This document shows, in pieces, positions 28,581-38,485 of a DNA stretch of 64,000 nucleotides; the stretch's first letter is position 1, and each line of letters starts with the position of its first letter. Under the pieces are notes generated by a model. That model was not told where the DNA came from, did not search any database, and saw nothing but the letters and a program-made list of their open reading frames with translations. A program made the translations under genes and the position numbers. The stretch is taken from positions 87,950-151,949 of the IMG/VR virus record IMGVR_UViG_2912765049_000001; one strand, written 5' to 3'. This DNA is from a virus. Lineage: Duplodnaviria > Caudoviricetes.

Positions 28581-29768
28581 TCAGCGGGAGGGGCCGGTGC
28601 CGTAGCGGACCGGCAGTTCGACCAGGCCGCGGGCGCGCAGGGAAGGCCGCCAGCGCAGTTCGCTCCCGGCCAGCTCGAGGTCCTCGAACCGGCCGAGGAG
28701 CGCGGCGAGGGCGATCTCGGTCTCCAGCCGCGCCAGCGGTGCGCCCAGGCAGTAGTGGATGCCGTGGCCGAGCGCCAGGTGGCCGGCGGCGTCACGGCCG
28801 AGGTCCAGGCGGTCGGGGTCGGAGAAGCGGTCCGGGTCGCGGTTGGCGGCGGACGGGGACAGCAGCACCGTGTCGCCCGCGGGGATCGTCACGCCGCCGA
28901 TCGTCACGTCCTGGGTGGGGAAGCGGCGGATGGCGAGCAGGGCCGGGCCCTCGAAGCGGGCGAACTCCTCGACCGCGCCGGCGATCCGTGCCGGGTCCTC
29001 GCGCAGCAGGGCCATCTGGTCCGGGTGCTGCAGGAGCGCCAGGACCGCGTTGCCGATCAGCTGCACCGAGTTCTCGTATCCGGCGAAGAGGATGAGGAAC
29101 GCCAAGGACATCAACTCGTCCTCGGTGAGCCGGTCGTCGTCGGCGTCCCGTACGGCGATCAGGTCGGAGAGGAGATCGTCCGCCGGGCTGGCCCGCTTGT
29201 GGGACATGAGGTCCTTGAAGAACCCCATCATCGCCACCACGGCCTCCTTGGCGGCCTGGGGCCGGCTCGGATCGGGGGCGACCAGCGCGCTCCCCCAGGA
29301 GCGGAAGTCCCGTCGGTGGCTGTCGGGGATGCCGAGGAGTTCGCAGATCACGGTGATCGGCAGGGGCGCCGCGTAGGCGGCGATCAGGTCGGTCGTGCCC
29401 TGCGCACCCAGCGCGTCCAGGAGCCGTTCGGCGGTGGCCGTGACCGGCTTGCGCAGCTGCTCGACCCGGCCGGGGGTGAAGGCGCGTCCGACCAGGCGGC
29501 GCAGCCGGGTGTGGTCCGGCGGATCCATGTTGAGCAGGTTGGCGTCCAGTGCCGGCGGCAGCGCCAGCCCGCGATAGCTGCCCTCCCGGGCGTGCGCCTT
29601 GTCCAGCGACAGCCGCGGGTCGGCGAGCGCGGAGCGTACGTCGTCGTACCGGGTGACGAGCCAGGCCGGTTGGCCGTCGGGCCCGGCGATGCGGTGTACG
29701 GGCGAGGCGGTGCGCAGACTCCGGTAGACGTCGTATGGGCGGGTTATCAAATCGTCCGCAAGATCCAT
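28581..29768 (-). CDS. Cytochrome P450 (CYP107-like)
   Basis: DPPDHTRLR, AGYENS I-helix, EEFAR (ExxR), LGHGIHYCLG heme motif. Confidence 0.95.
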   Translation of the reverse strand: MDLADDLITRPYDVYRSLRTASPVHRIAGPDGQPAWLVTRYDDVRSALADPRLSLDKAHAREGSYRGLALPPALDANLLNMDPPDHTRLRRLVGRAFTPGRVEQLRKPVTATAERLLDALGAQGTTDLIAAYAAPLPITVICELLGIPDSHRRDFRSWGSALVAPDPSRPQAAKEAVVAMMGFFKDLMSHKRASPADDLLSDLIAVRDADDDRLTEDELMSLAFLILFAGYENSVQLIGNAVLALLQHPDQMALLREDPARIAGAVEEFARFEGPALLAIRRFPTQDVTIGGVTIPAGDTVLLSPSAANRDPDRFSDPDRLDLGRDAAGHLALGHGIHYCLGAPLARLETEIALAALLGRFEDLELAGSELRWRPSLRARGLVELPVRYGTGPSR

Positions 29769-29970
29769 GCGCTCACCCTATGGGTGCGGCTCGAGCGTCC
29801 GGCGGGGCAACGACAGCGGCCCCCGGCCGAGTCCCTCGAGGGGACTTCAGGCCGGGGGCCGATGCGCTCCCATCTCCCGTACTGCCCGACGAACTCAGCT
29901 GCTCCACGGCTGCATTCGTCGCCGGTTCCGCCGATGCCCGCGGCTTTCCCGGTGCTCCCCACCGTACACG

Positions 29971-29997
29971 AAACCCACTACGTAAGGAAGGGTTTAG
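29971..29997. promoter_or_regulatory. Motif B copy 1 (AAACCC-NN-TACGTAAG)
   Basis: AAACCCACTACGTAAGGAAGGGTTTAG; matches 52398 and 61191. Confidence 0.6.
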
Positions 29998-30076
29998 TTG
30001 GGGCCTGACATGCCGGTGGCGCAGCCCCTCCCGCCGGGCTGCGCCACCATGCCGTCGTCCACCGTCTCACCGGCGG

Positions 30077-30790
30077 CTACTGCCAGGGGGCGCGTCCCGT
30101 GCCGTCCGCCCACTCCAGCAGGGCCTGCGAGCCCATCAGCTTCAGCGGCGCCTCGAGGTCGTTGTTCCAGTCGAAGGCGCTCGCGGTGAAGCCGCTCGTC
30201 GTGACGATCGCGGCCAGGTCGCAGCCGTGGGTGTCCTGGTAGGTGCCGTTCACCTGGTACAGCACCTCGGCACTGACCTTCTTGGTCTCGGTGTACCGCT
30301 TGCACTGGATCAGCAGCCAGCGTCCGTCGGGGGTGCGGGCCTTCACGTCGCCCGCCCGGTCGTTGGCACCGCCGAGGACTTCGACCTTGGTGCAGCCGTC
30401 GCGCTGGCACAGCCGGGCGACGGCGCGTTCGAAGCCACCGGGTGACAGGGCCCGGAAGTGGTCGATGTCGGTGGGCAGTTCGCCGTGCCCGTCCAGGCGC
30501 CAGCGCCGGTAGCGGCGCCTGCCCCACAGGTAGGCGGTGGTGACGCCGGCCAGGCCGAGGACGGTCAGCAGCGCGGCGAGTATGCCGGGGTGGCGGCTGA
30601 GGTAGTCGCCGATGAACAGCAGCGCCAGGACCACGACGATGATGAGCGCGGTGCGGTCTCCGGCCGTTAAGTGGCGTCGCCAGCCGCGGCGTACCGCGCC
30701 CCGGCGGCGGCCGGCGGGGTGGCGGCGACGGCTGGTGCGGCGCGCGGGACGGCGGCGCTCGGGGTGCGGGCGGCGGGTGGTGCTGGCCAT
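30077..30790 (-). CDS. Membrane-anchored Mrr-type restriction endonuclease domain protein
   Basis: Two TM helices then FERAVA...GGANDRAGDV...IQCKRY...VTTSGFT. Confidence 0.85.
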   Translation of the reverse strand: MASTTRRPHPERRRPARRTSRRRHPAGRRRGAVRRGWRRHLTAGDRTALIIVVVLALLFIGDYLSRHPGILAALLTVLGLAGVTTAYLWGRRRYRRWRLDGHGELPTDIDHFRALSPGGFERAVARLCQRDGCTKVEVLGGANDRAGDVKARTPDGRWLLIQCKRYTETKKVSAEVLYQVNGTYQDTHGCDLAAIVTTSGFTASAFDWNNDLEAPLKLMGSQALLEWADGTGRAPWQ

Positions 30791-30855
30791 GGTGGGTCTC
30801 TCCTATCGGTTGATTCGGTTCGGGATGGTGCGCCGGGCGTACGGGTGAGGGGAGG

Positions 30856-31449
30856 TCAGTCCTCCCACCAGGTACCGGAGAAGCCACCGGAGCGCTTGCG
30901 GCGGGCGCCGCCGAAGACGATGCGCAGGAACAGGGCGCCGGCGAGGACGACGCCGACGACCTTCAGCACGGTGATGGTCGCGCCCCACAGCGTGTGCAGG
31001 CCGGAGTCGATCGCGTCGACGATGTCGTTGCCGTACACCGCACCGACGGTGGTGACCGCGGCAACACCGGCGAGGTAGGTGGCGGCCTTGAGCTTGCGCC
31101 GGTTCCAGGTGAGCCACTGGGGCAGGGTGCGCCGCTCGCGCTCCATGAAGGCGGTGGGCAGCGAGGCCGGGTCGGGCGAGGCCGACATGGCCCGGCGCGG
31201 CGCGGCCGGCGGCGGGGTCGGCTGCTCGAGGGGAACGACCTCGCGGACCATCTCGGTGGAGCCGTCGGTGTTGGTCTTGTGGGTCTCGCGGACCGTGTAG
31301 CCGTCGGGGACGACGAAGGGGGCGATGCCCGGGGCGACGGGGCCGGGCTGTGGGATGTGCCGGCCGGGGGTGGTGTCGCTGAGGTCGGCGAGGAGAGCCT
31401 GCGCCGTGTCGTACTCGGACTTGCTGAGCCGGACGTTGCCGTCGTTCAT
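30856..31449 (-). CDS. Membrane protein (Spd-like)
   Basis: Two C-terminal TM segments; in the transfer operon. Confidence 0.65.
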   Translation of the reverse strand: MNDGNVRLSKSEYDTAQALLADLSDTTPGRHIPQPGPVAPGIAPFVVPDGYTVRETHKTNTDGSTEMVREVVPLEQPTPPPAAPRRAMSASPDPASLPTAFMERERRTLPQWLTWNRRKLKAATYLAGVAAVTTVGAVYGNDIVDAIDSGLHTLWGATITVLKVVGVVLAGALFLRIVFGGARRKRSGGFSGTWWED

Positions 31450-31453
31450 GGGG

Positions 31454-31624
31454 TCACGCTTCCTTGTCTGAAGTGGTCGGGGGCTGCGGGGCGGTGCGGG
31501 GGTGGGCCAGCGCCCGCCGCAGCGGGCTGGTGGTCGCGGTGGAGGTCGGGTCCAGGACGGCGATCAGGAGGCGTCCGTCCGGGGCGGGGACGATGACCGG
31601 CTGGTCGGCGGCGGGCTGCTGCAT
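31454..31624 (-). CDS. Small hypothetical protein
   Basis: MQQPAADQPVIV...; fills an operon gap. Confidence 0.4.
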   Translation of the reverse strand: MQQPAADQPVIVPAPDGRLLIAVLDPTSTATTSPLRRALAHPRTAPQPPTTSDKEA

Positions 31625-31632
31625 CGGGTCGG

Positions 31633-31947
31633 CTACTCGGTGTCGGGGTTGACCGGGCGGGCGACGAACGGCAGGCGCTGTGCCCGGCTCACGTCGATCT
31701 CGGCGGCCCCGTACAGCGGGTCGGTGGGATCGCGCCAGAGGTTGCCGCCGTACGCGGGGTCCCGTTCGCGGAGCTGGTGGACGTACCCCCGGCACAGACG
31801 CGTGTCGTGGCCGCGGACCGGCCAGCCGGAGGTGGTCGCGCACCAGGTGCACGACGGATCGGGGCGCAGATGCCGGGCGATGACGTGGCCGAGCTGGGTC
31901 AGGCCGGCGCCGATGGCGAAGGACAACAGGACGACGAGGACGCCCAT
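31633..31947 (-). CDS. Small membrane protein with CxxC
   Basis: MGVLVVLLSFAIGAG...CTWC. Confidence 0.55.
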   Translation of the reverse strand: MGVLVVLLSFAIGAGLTQLGHVIARHLRPDPSCTWCATTSGWPVRGHDTRLCRGYVHQLRERDPAYGGNLWRDPTDPLYGAAEIDVSRAQRLPFVARPVNPDTE

Positions 31948-31967
31948 GGTCGAGAACCTTTCCTGGG

Positions 31968-32162
31968 TCAGAAGTTGATGGAGTGCAGCGCGTCGGCCAT
32001 CGAGCTGAACGCGTTGGTGATGGAGGGGGCGATGCCGGTGGAGGCGAGGAAGAAGCCGAACAGCGTGGCGGCCAGGGCCGGGAGGGGGCGCAGGGTGCCC
32101 CCTCGCAGCATCACGATCACGATGATGAGCAGGAGCAGGACGGCGGAGACGGAGATGGCCAT
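31968..32162 (-). CDS. Small two-TM protein typical of Streptomyces transfer regions
   Basis: MAISVSAVLLLLII...LFGFFLASTGIAPSI. Confidence 0.75.
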   Translation of the reverse strand: MAISVSAVLLLLIIVIVMLRGGTLRPLPALAATLFGFFLASTGIAPSITNAFSSMADALHSINF

Positions 32163-32165
32163 CGG

Positions 32166-34697
32166 TCAGTTCTCTTCCTTGATCTGGGCGAGGAGGGCGT
32201 TGAGGGCGTCGGGCTTGTGCAGCACGTCGCGGGCCTTGCTGCCGTCGCGCTCGCCGACGATGTCCCGGGCGGTCATCTGGTCCATGAGCCAGACCGCCTT
32301 GGCGAAGCCGACGCGCAGCTTGCGCTGCAGCATCGACGTGGACCCGAACTGGGTGGAGACGACCAGCTCGACGGCGTGGCAGAACAGGTCCAGGTCGTCG
32401 CCGAGCGGCTCGGCTCCGTCTTCGTCCTCGTCGTCGTCCTGCAGTTCGGCCGGCGCCGGGTGGTCGGGGTCGGCCCACACATACGGTGTCCTGGGTCCGC
32501 CGGGCTGCAGGACGCTCTCGTCGTTGGCGAACCACTTCGAGACGGCCTGCCGGCTGGGCGGCTTCTCCTCCGGGTACTGCTCCTCGAGCCGCTTCAGGCA
32601 GGCGTCGATGGTGATGCCGTCGGGCCCGGCGTCGCGGACCATCTCCATCACTTCGTCCTTGCGGGGGTGCTCGCGGGATTTGTCCTTCTCGGCCTCCTCC
32701 TGCGCCTGCTGGGCGCCGTGCTTCTCGGCGGCCTGCTGGGTGAGCCATTCGGCCTCGGCGAGTGCCTTGGAGATCGCGGCCTGCACGCTTGCCTCGTCCG
32801 GGCCGGGCGTTCCGGCCGGCGGGGTGGGCTGGCCGCCGACCGGCGGCTGCTGGCCCCCCTGGCCGCCGCCGTACCGCCGGAGGTAGTCCTCGGCGGACCC
32901 CAGAGGACCGAGGTCGCTGGGCAGGGTCCCGCGCCCGGTGCTTCCGTTGCCGGAACCGCCGGTGCCCGCGGGCGGCTGGACGGTCGGCGCGGGCGGCGCC
33001 ATGGTGCCGGTGCCGCCGCCGTTCATGCTGGCGGAGGTGCCCGTGCTCGCCGAGCGCGGCGCGTCGATGCCGAAGGCTTCCAGCAGCCAGCCGATGCGCT
33101 CGGTGTCGGACCAGCGATCGCCGTAGCCCCATTTGTTGGCGATGGCGACGGCCTCGTCGTCCAGGTCGGGACGGATGTGGGCGCGGGCGACCGCCATCTC
33201 CTCGATGTGCGTGGAGTCCTCGTCGTCGTTGACGTACGCGAAGCGCCCCTTCTCCGGCGGCTCGGAGGGGTTCATGGCCGACGTCTTGATGTAGCAGGCG
33301 CCGTTGCCGGGCAGGGCGGCCAAATTCACCTGGTGGTAGAAGTCCGGGAAGACGTACTGGCCCTCGCCCTTCTTCCGGAAGCGCAGGCCGATCGTCGTGT
33401 CGTACTGGCTGTCGATTTCGCCGCCGCCCGTGTTGGGGCCGGTACCGCGCTGCACCACGTCGACGTAGTCGATCGCCGCCTTGCGGCCCTTCTTGATGCC
33501 GCGGGTCTTGGGCTTGGCGGCCATCGGCGACCAGGCCATCAGGTCCGAGCCTTCCTCGGTGATGACGATGATCGCGGGCTTGTCCGGCTTCGGGACGAGC
33601 TTGCCGCCCGGGGCGGTCTTCGCCCGCTGGTCCGCGACGTCGTGTGCCGCGTTGTACAGCCGTACCGCCTCGTCCTCGGTCGTGGCGATCCAGTCGATGA
33701 GCGGGCGGTCGATGACGTTGCCGTCCCCGTCCTTCCAGCCCTCCACCCACGGCCGCACCCACCGCTTGGCCGTGTGGCCGCTGGCCATGTCGATCATCCA
33801 GATCACCGCGTCGACGCAGCGCGTGAGGAGGGAGATCAGCACGTGCAGGGTGACGCTCTTGCCGGAGCCCTTCTGGCCCGCGATGAGCACGCTGTTCTGC
33901 CGCATCAGCAGTTCGATGGGCTCGCCCGACTCCAACATCCCGAGCGTGAGGGGCTCGTTGATGGTGATGGGGTGGTCGCTGGGGTCCAGCTCCACCAGCT
34001 CGGCGAGCACGTTGCGCGTGGACACCTGCAGGTACGCCCGGTCGGCCGTCTCGCCCGGCTTCAGGGTGAGCGCGCCGGCACGGACACCGGCCTTCATCTC
34101 CAGGCGCTTGAGCAGCGGCAGCAGGCCGTCGAAGTCGGTCTCGGTGAGCCGCAGCGTCAGCTGGAAGCCGTAGTTGGCCTTGTCCTTGCCCTCGACGAAC
34201 ACGCCGCGGGCGCCGACCGAGGCGAACATGTCCGCCCAGTCGGTCAGCGGCTTGGCGAGCGCCGCCTCCTCCTTCGCCCACTGCTCGGCGATCTCGTCGC
34301 CGCGCAGGTAGCGGTCGATGCCGTAGAACGGGGAGATCATCACCGTCATGGCGCCGAGCGCGGCGGCCGAGGCGAGCGTCCACGGGGTGCCGTGGGCGAC
34401 CCAGTTCAGCCAGCCCGCCGCGGCGCCGGTCCAGATGCCGGAGAACGCGGTGTGGAACCAGCGGGCGCGCCTGGAGCGGCCCTCGCCGCCGGTGCGGATG
34501 AAGCGGGCGGTGGCCACGGCGATGACCCCGCCGACCGAGCCGATGCCGAGCATGTCCAGCGGCACGGTGTGGCCCTGGTCCTCGATTACGCCCAGGCCGA
34601 CGCCATCGAGGTAGATGAACCCCGCGGTGAACAGCGGGGTCGAGACGACCCCGTGCACCCAGGGGATGACCTCGCGGTCTTCCTTCGAGCGGGCCAT
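32166..34697 (-). CDS. traB: FtsK/SpoIIIE-family DNA translocase (TraB-like conjugation protein)
   Basis: N-terminal TMs, Walker [15 protein letters not shown] Walker B-like, KKGRKAAI...VQR, C-terminal FtsK-gamma ([16 protein letters not shown]). Confidence 0.85.
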   Translation of the reverse strand: MARSKEDREVIPWVHGVVSTPLFTAGFIYLDGVGLGVIEDQGHTVPLDMLGIGSVGGVIAVATARFIRTGGEGRSRRARWFHTAFSGIWTGAAAGWLNWVAHGTPWTLASAAALGAMTVMISPFYGIDRYLRGDEIAEQWAKEEAALAKPLTDWADMFASVGARGVFVEGKDKANYGFQLTLRLTETDFDGLLPLLKRLEMKAGVRAGALTLKPGETADRAYLQVSTRNVLAELVELDPSDHPITINEPLTLGMLESGEPIELLMRQNSVLIAGQKGSGKSVTLHVLISLLTRCVDAVIWMIDMASGHTAKRWVRPWVEGWKDGDGNVIDRPLIDWIATTEDEAVRLYNAAHDVADQRAKTAPGGKLVPKPDKPAIIVITEEGSDLMAWSPMAAKPKTRGIKKGRKAAIDYVDVVQRGTGPNTGGGEIDSQYDTTIGLRFRKKGEGQYVFPDFYHQVNLAALPGNGACYIKTSAMNPSEPPEKGRFAYVNDDEDSTHIEEMAVARAHIRPDLDDEAVAIANKWGYGDRWSDTERIGWLLEAFGIDAPRSASTGTSASMNGGGTGTMAPPAPTVQPPAGTGGSGNGSTGRGTLPSDLGPLGSAEDYLRRYGGGQGGQQPPVGGQPTPPAGTPGPDEASVQAAISKALAEAEWLTQQAAEKHGAQQAQEEAEKDKSREHPRKDEVMEMVRDAGPDGITIDACLKRLEEQYPEEKPPSRQAVSKWFANDESVLQPGGPRTPYVWADPDHPAPAELQDDDEDEDGAEPLGDDLDLFCHAVELVVSTQFGSTSMLQRKLRVGFAKAVWLMDQMTARDIVGERDGSKARDVLHKPDALNALLAQIKEEN

Positions 34698-34772
34698 GGT
34701 GTGGAACTCCTTAAGGTCAGGTCGTGGTCAACAGCCGGAGAGGGAGCAGCGGAGCGGGAGCGCCCGGTCGGA

Positions 34773-37199
34773 TCAGGCGGTGTTGCGGGACTGGTCCCAC
34801 TTGGCGGCCTGGTAGCTGGGGTTTTCGAGGTTGTGGAGCTGCTCCTGGTGCAGCAGCCGGTACAGGAAGTGGACGGCGGTGATGGCGCCGCCCAGGTCGC
34901 GGAAGCGCTGGCCGGCGTCCCGGTGCATGGCGGTGACGGCCTCGTGGACGCGGAACTCCGACTCGGTGACGGTGGCGACCGTCTCCATCAGCTCGTAGAG
35001 GGCCTCCGCGAGCGGCGCGAGGTGCTCGATGGTCATCTCGTAGCCGAACATCGTCCCGGACGGGTGCAGCCGGATGTGGATCCCGGCGTCGCGGATGGCG
35101 CCGGAGGCCAGCAGCAACGGCATGACGTGGACGGTCGGGTCGGTCCACGCGAACTGCGGCATGACGTGCGCCCAGTTCTCGGACAGGTCCCACTTGCGGC
35201 CCTGCCAGGTGGGGTTCTCGATGTTGTCGAGCTGCTCGGCGTGGATCTCCCGGTACACCTTGTGAGCCGAGTCGACGAACGCGCCCAGCGCCAGGAAGTG
35301 GATGCCGATCGTGCGGTACTGGTTCGGGATCTCCGGGTTGACCTTGAAGTCGTCCTCGGTGACCTGCGCGATGTCGTGCATCAGGTGGCACATCGCGAAC
35401 TCGAGGTGGCCGAGGTTCTCGATGACTGCCTCGTAGCCCTTCATGCTGTCGGCCGGCGCCGCCGCGAAGGCGGCTGCGGCCATCCGGATCGCGTCCGCCG
35501 CGTAGATGAGTGGATAGGCGTGGTGAACCGGGGCGTTGTCCACGGGTGTTCCTCCTGCGGTTCCTGCTGCGGTGGCCGGCGACGGCACGGGGGCGTGCCC
35601 GCCGGAAGTCGGTACGGGAGCGGCGGTGCCGCCTCCTGCGGTCGGGACCGGTCCGGCCTTCTTCGCGGCGGCCGGCGCAGGCAGCGGGCTGGCGGTGGCG
35701 GTCTTGTAGACCCACGCGTTCAGCCACGACCAGGTCCGCGAGACGTTGACGAGCTTGGCCAGCGGGCTGGTCGCCCAGTACAGGACCCGGGAGAGCGGAC
35801 GCAGCCAGTTCGGCCCCATGGTCGAGAAACGGACCGTGCCCAAGAACGAGTTGAGGGAGAGGACCGCCCGGCCGCCCCAGCGCATCGCGTTGGCCAGGAG
35901 CTTCCCGCCGTGCCGGCGGGTGCCGCGGAACACCGCGCGGAACGGCGTCGCCACCTTGTTCATGCGGTGGCGAAACCTCGGGCTGCTGACCTTCCGGTAC
36001 ACCTTCCCGGCGGCGCTCTTGGTCTTCCGGATCGGGTTCCGCTTCCAGGTGTAGCCCGCGTGCCGAGGCGCCTTCGCCTTACCGACCTTGTGCTTCTTCT
36101 TGCCGGAGCCCTTCGGGCCCTTCGCGGCGCCCTTGCCCTTTCCCTTGCCGGCGGGCGAGACCTTGCCGGGCTTGCCCGGAGCGCCCTTGCCGGGGCCCTT
36201 GCCCGGGGCCTTCTTGCCGCCAGCGCCCGTGCCCTTGCCGGTGGGCGCGCCCTTGCCCGGAGCGCCCTTGCCCGCGCCCGTGGTGCCCTTGGGCGCCTTC
36301 TTGCCGCCCAGGTCCTTGATCTTCCCGGCCAGGGCCTTCGCGTCCTTGCCCAGCGCGCGCGAACCGTCGCTGAGACCCTCGAGCATCCCCTTGCCGCTCT
36401 TCCCCGGCACGGCAGAACCCTTGCCGCCTCCGGCGCCCTTGCGGTTCAGGTTGCCGCTCCCGGGCGTGCCGGGCCCCTTGCCGCCCGGGCCCTTGGAGCC
36501 GAGTCCCTTGGAGCCAGGCCCCCCGCCGCCGAACAGGCTGCCCTTCATGGGCTTCGGACCGGCGGTCGACCGGTTGCCGCCCAGGCCGCCCTTGTTGGAG
36601 CGCGGCGAGGTGTTCAGGCCGCCGGAGCGGTTGGAGGACGGGCGGTTCGGTCCCAGGCCGACAGGCTTGCGGGACGGGCCACCACCGGGGCCGGTCGTGC
36701 CCCTGGACCCGGCGCCGGAGCGCCGCGGGCCGCTCCCGCCGGAACGGTTCCCCGACAGACCGCCACCCGAGCGGCCAGCGCCGGTGCCCGTGCCTCCCCG
36801 GCGTCCGGCGCCCGTGCCGCGGCCCGGGCCGCCTCCTCCGGTGCCGTTCCCGGCCCGGTTGCGGCGGCTGGCGACCTGGGCGGCCCGGCGGCCGGCCCTG
36901 ATGACCGCAGCCGTGGTCGCGGTGGCCGCGGCGGCCAGGATCGCGAAGATGACGATCGGCAGGCCGAAGACGTGGGCCAGCCAGCACACCGAGATCAGTC
37001 CGGTGATCACGCCGCCGGGGATCAGGACCCCGGCAAGGCTGCTGTCCTTCTGTGACGTAGAGCGACGGCGCTGCGTGCGCTGACCGCCCGGGTCCGTGGT
37101 CGCTGCCGCGCCCGACGCCTGGGGCGGTACGGCAGCAACAGGCGGCGGCGCGGTCGCCGTGGCCGCCGGCGGCGCCATGTCGAAGTCGGGGGTGCTCAC
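34773..37199 (-). CDS. Large membrane protein with Gly/Lys-rich linker and duplicated C-terminal helical domain
   Basis: GGAGG RBS + GTG at 37199; 2 TMs; low-complexity middle; two ~120-aa repeats. Confidence 0.75.
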   Translation of the reverse strand: MSTPDFDMAPPAATATAPPPVAAVPPQASGAAATTDPGGQRTQRRRSTSQKDSSLAGVLIPGGVITGLISVCWLAHVFGLPIVIFAILAAAATATTAAVIRAGRRAAQVASRRNRAGNGTGGGGPGRGTGAGRRGGTGTGAGRSGGGLSGNRSGGSGPRRSGAGSRGTTGPGGGPSRKPVGLGPNRPSSNRSGGLNTSPRSNKGGLGGNRSTAGPKPMKGSLFGGGGPGSKGLGSKGPGGKGPGTPGSGNLNRKGAGGGKGSAVPGKSGKGMLEGLSDGSRALGKDAKALAGKIKDLGGKKAPKGTTGAGKGAPGKGAPTGKGTGAGGKKAPGKGPGKGAPGKPGKVSPAGKGKGKGAAKGPKGSGKKKHKVGKAKAPRHAGYTWKRNPIRKTKSAAGKVYRKVSSPRFRHRMNKVATPFRAVFRGTRRHGGKLLANAMRWGGRAVLSLNSFLGTVRFSTMGPNWLRPLSRVLYWATSPLAKLVNVSRTWSWLNAWVYKTATASPLPAPAAAKKAGPVPTAGGGTAAPVPTSGGHAPVPSPATAAGTAGGTPVDNAPVHHAYPLIYAADAIRMAAAAFAAAPADSMKGYEAVIENLGHLEFAMCHLMHDIAQVTEDDFKVNPEIPNQYRTIGIHFLALGAFVDSAHKVYREIHAEQLDNIENPTWQGRKWDLSENWAHVMPQFAWTDPTVHVMPLLLASGAIRDAGIHIRLHPSGTMFGYEMTIEHLAPLAEALYELMETVATVTESEFRVHEAVTAMHRDAGQRFRDLGGAITAVHFLYRLLHQEQLHNLENPSYQAAKWDQSRNTA

Positions 37200-37257
37200 G
37201 GGGTCTTCCTCCACATCAGGGGCGGCGAGGTGCGGTAACTGTGCGTGTCGGGCATGG

Positions 37258-37417
37258 CGTCAAGCCGGAGCGTCAACGTCAACGTCAAGGAGCCTCGTCA
37301 ACGTCAATTCGTGCTGATCAAGGGGCCGTTTCCGGGGCCTGGGGCGGGGTTTGGAGCCCTCACGTCACGTCCGGGAGATAGACGTTGACGTTGACGCACC
37401 CAGCTTCACGTCACGTT
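37258..37417. repeat. Tandem CGTCAA repeats with inverted TTGACG copies
   Basis: CGTCAA x6 (37258-37307), TTGACG x2 (37385-37396), TCACGTCACGT x2. Confidence 0.75.
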
Positions 37418-37878
37418 CGGTTAGCGAAGTAGGAGAGGATGAGGACCGCGCCGATGACCGCCAGCAGGTGGTTGGCGAACCTCGACGAGATGCGCTGGCG
37501 GGCGACCGGGCGGTAGGCGGCGGAGAAGTCCCGCGTCCCGCGTGAGGCGTCCAGCGGCTGGCGCAGGCCCGCCGGGATGCCCTCGAAGGACGTCTTCCAA
37601 CGCGTCGGACTGTCACGCTCCGTGAGGTCGGGAAGCTCGCCCGCCTGCAGGGCCATCTCGAGCGTGTTGAGGTCCCGGCGGGCGCGGTCGATGTTCCGCT
37701 GGATCCAGTCGTCCCTGTCGTTCACCGCGACGGTGCGCAGGATCTGGTCCAGGTGGTGGTGGACGGCGGCGAAGTGCGCGATCGCGGGAGTCTCGGTCAA
37801 CGCGAACTTGGCGTCGACGCAGGCCATCTGACGGCCGTTGAGCTTGGGCGGCGGTACGCGCTCGAGCTGGGGGTCCAT
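37411..37878 (-). CDS. Hypothetical protein with C-terminal TM
   Basis: GAGGA RBS; within the operon. Confidence 0.7.
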   Translation of the reverse strand: MDPQLERVPPPKLNGRQMACVDAKFALTETPAIAHFAAVHHHLDQILRTVAVNDRDDWIQRNIDRARRDLNTLEMALQAGELPDLTERDSPTRWKTSFEGIPAGLRQPLDASRGTRDFSAAYRPVARQRISSRFANHLLAVIGAVLILSYFANRT

Positions 37879-37906
37879 GCTTCCTCCTCTCGGGTATTTG
37901 TGCAGG

Positions 37907-38128
37907 TCAGGCGGTGCCGTTGTAGGCGTCGAGGGCTTCGAGCTGACTCCAGTCGACGCGGATCTCCAGGTCGAGCTCCTGGTCGCGGGCCCAGTTCTGG
38001 CCGTCCTTGTCGCCGGGCAGCCGGGTGGTGATCTCGGACTCCAGGCGGCGGGCGGCGCCGGTGAGGATGTCCCGGGCCTCGCGGACGGTCGTGGCCCGCA
38101 GGACGGTCCCGGTGGTGTCGTTGGTCAT
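37907..38128 (-). CDS. Hypothetical protein
   Basis: 73 aa; resembles its neighbour 38166-38462. Confidence 0.65.
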   Translation of the reverse strand: MTNDTTGTVLRATTVREARDILTGAARRLESEITTRLPGDKDGQNWARDQELDLEIRVDWSQLEALDAYNGTA

Positions 38129-38165
38129 CGGTGACGGCTCTCTCTCGTTCTCGTGTTTTTGCAGG

Positions 38166-38462
38166 TCAGGGGGCTTGCCAGGTGCGGTCGTAGTCCGCGC
38201 CCGGGTTCTCGTCGTCGCCGGCCTGGAACTGTTCGTTGAGCTGCCGGGACTCGGTGATGGCCTGGATGACCGGGCCGAGGTCGAGGGAGATGCGGAGCTT
38301 GATCGGGGTGTTCCGGCGGGTGTCGTTCTTGATGAAGGGGTCGCCGGGGACGAGGGTCTTGAGGTGGGCGTCGATGAGGTTCGTGACGGCCTCGAGGGAG
38401 GTCTGGGCCTCCTGGGCGGTGGCGGCCTCCCACTCGTACTTCGGGGGGTCGACGAGGGTCAT
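38166..38462 (-). CDS. Hypothetical protein
   Basis: 98 aa; RBS present. Confidence 0.7.
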   Translation of the reverse strand: MTLVDPPKYEWEAATAQEAQTSLEAVTNLIDAHLKTLVPGDPFIKNDTRRNTPIKLRISLDLGPVIQAITESRQLNEQFQAGDDENPGADYDRTWQAP

Positions 38463-38485
38463 GTCCCTTGCTCTCCTTCGGTCTT

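Noticed and set aside
36060-36900. GCCCTTG-type repeats as a DNA element
   Set aside because: Explained by Gly/Lys/Pro low-complexity coding (GKG, APGKG); confined to the ORF.
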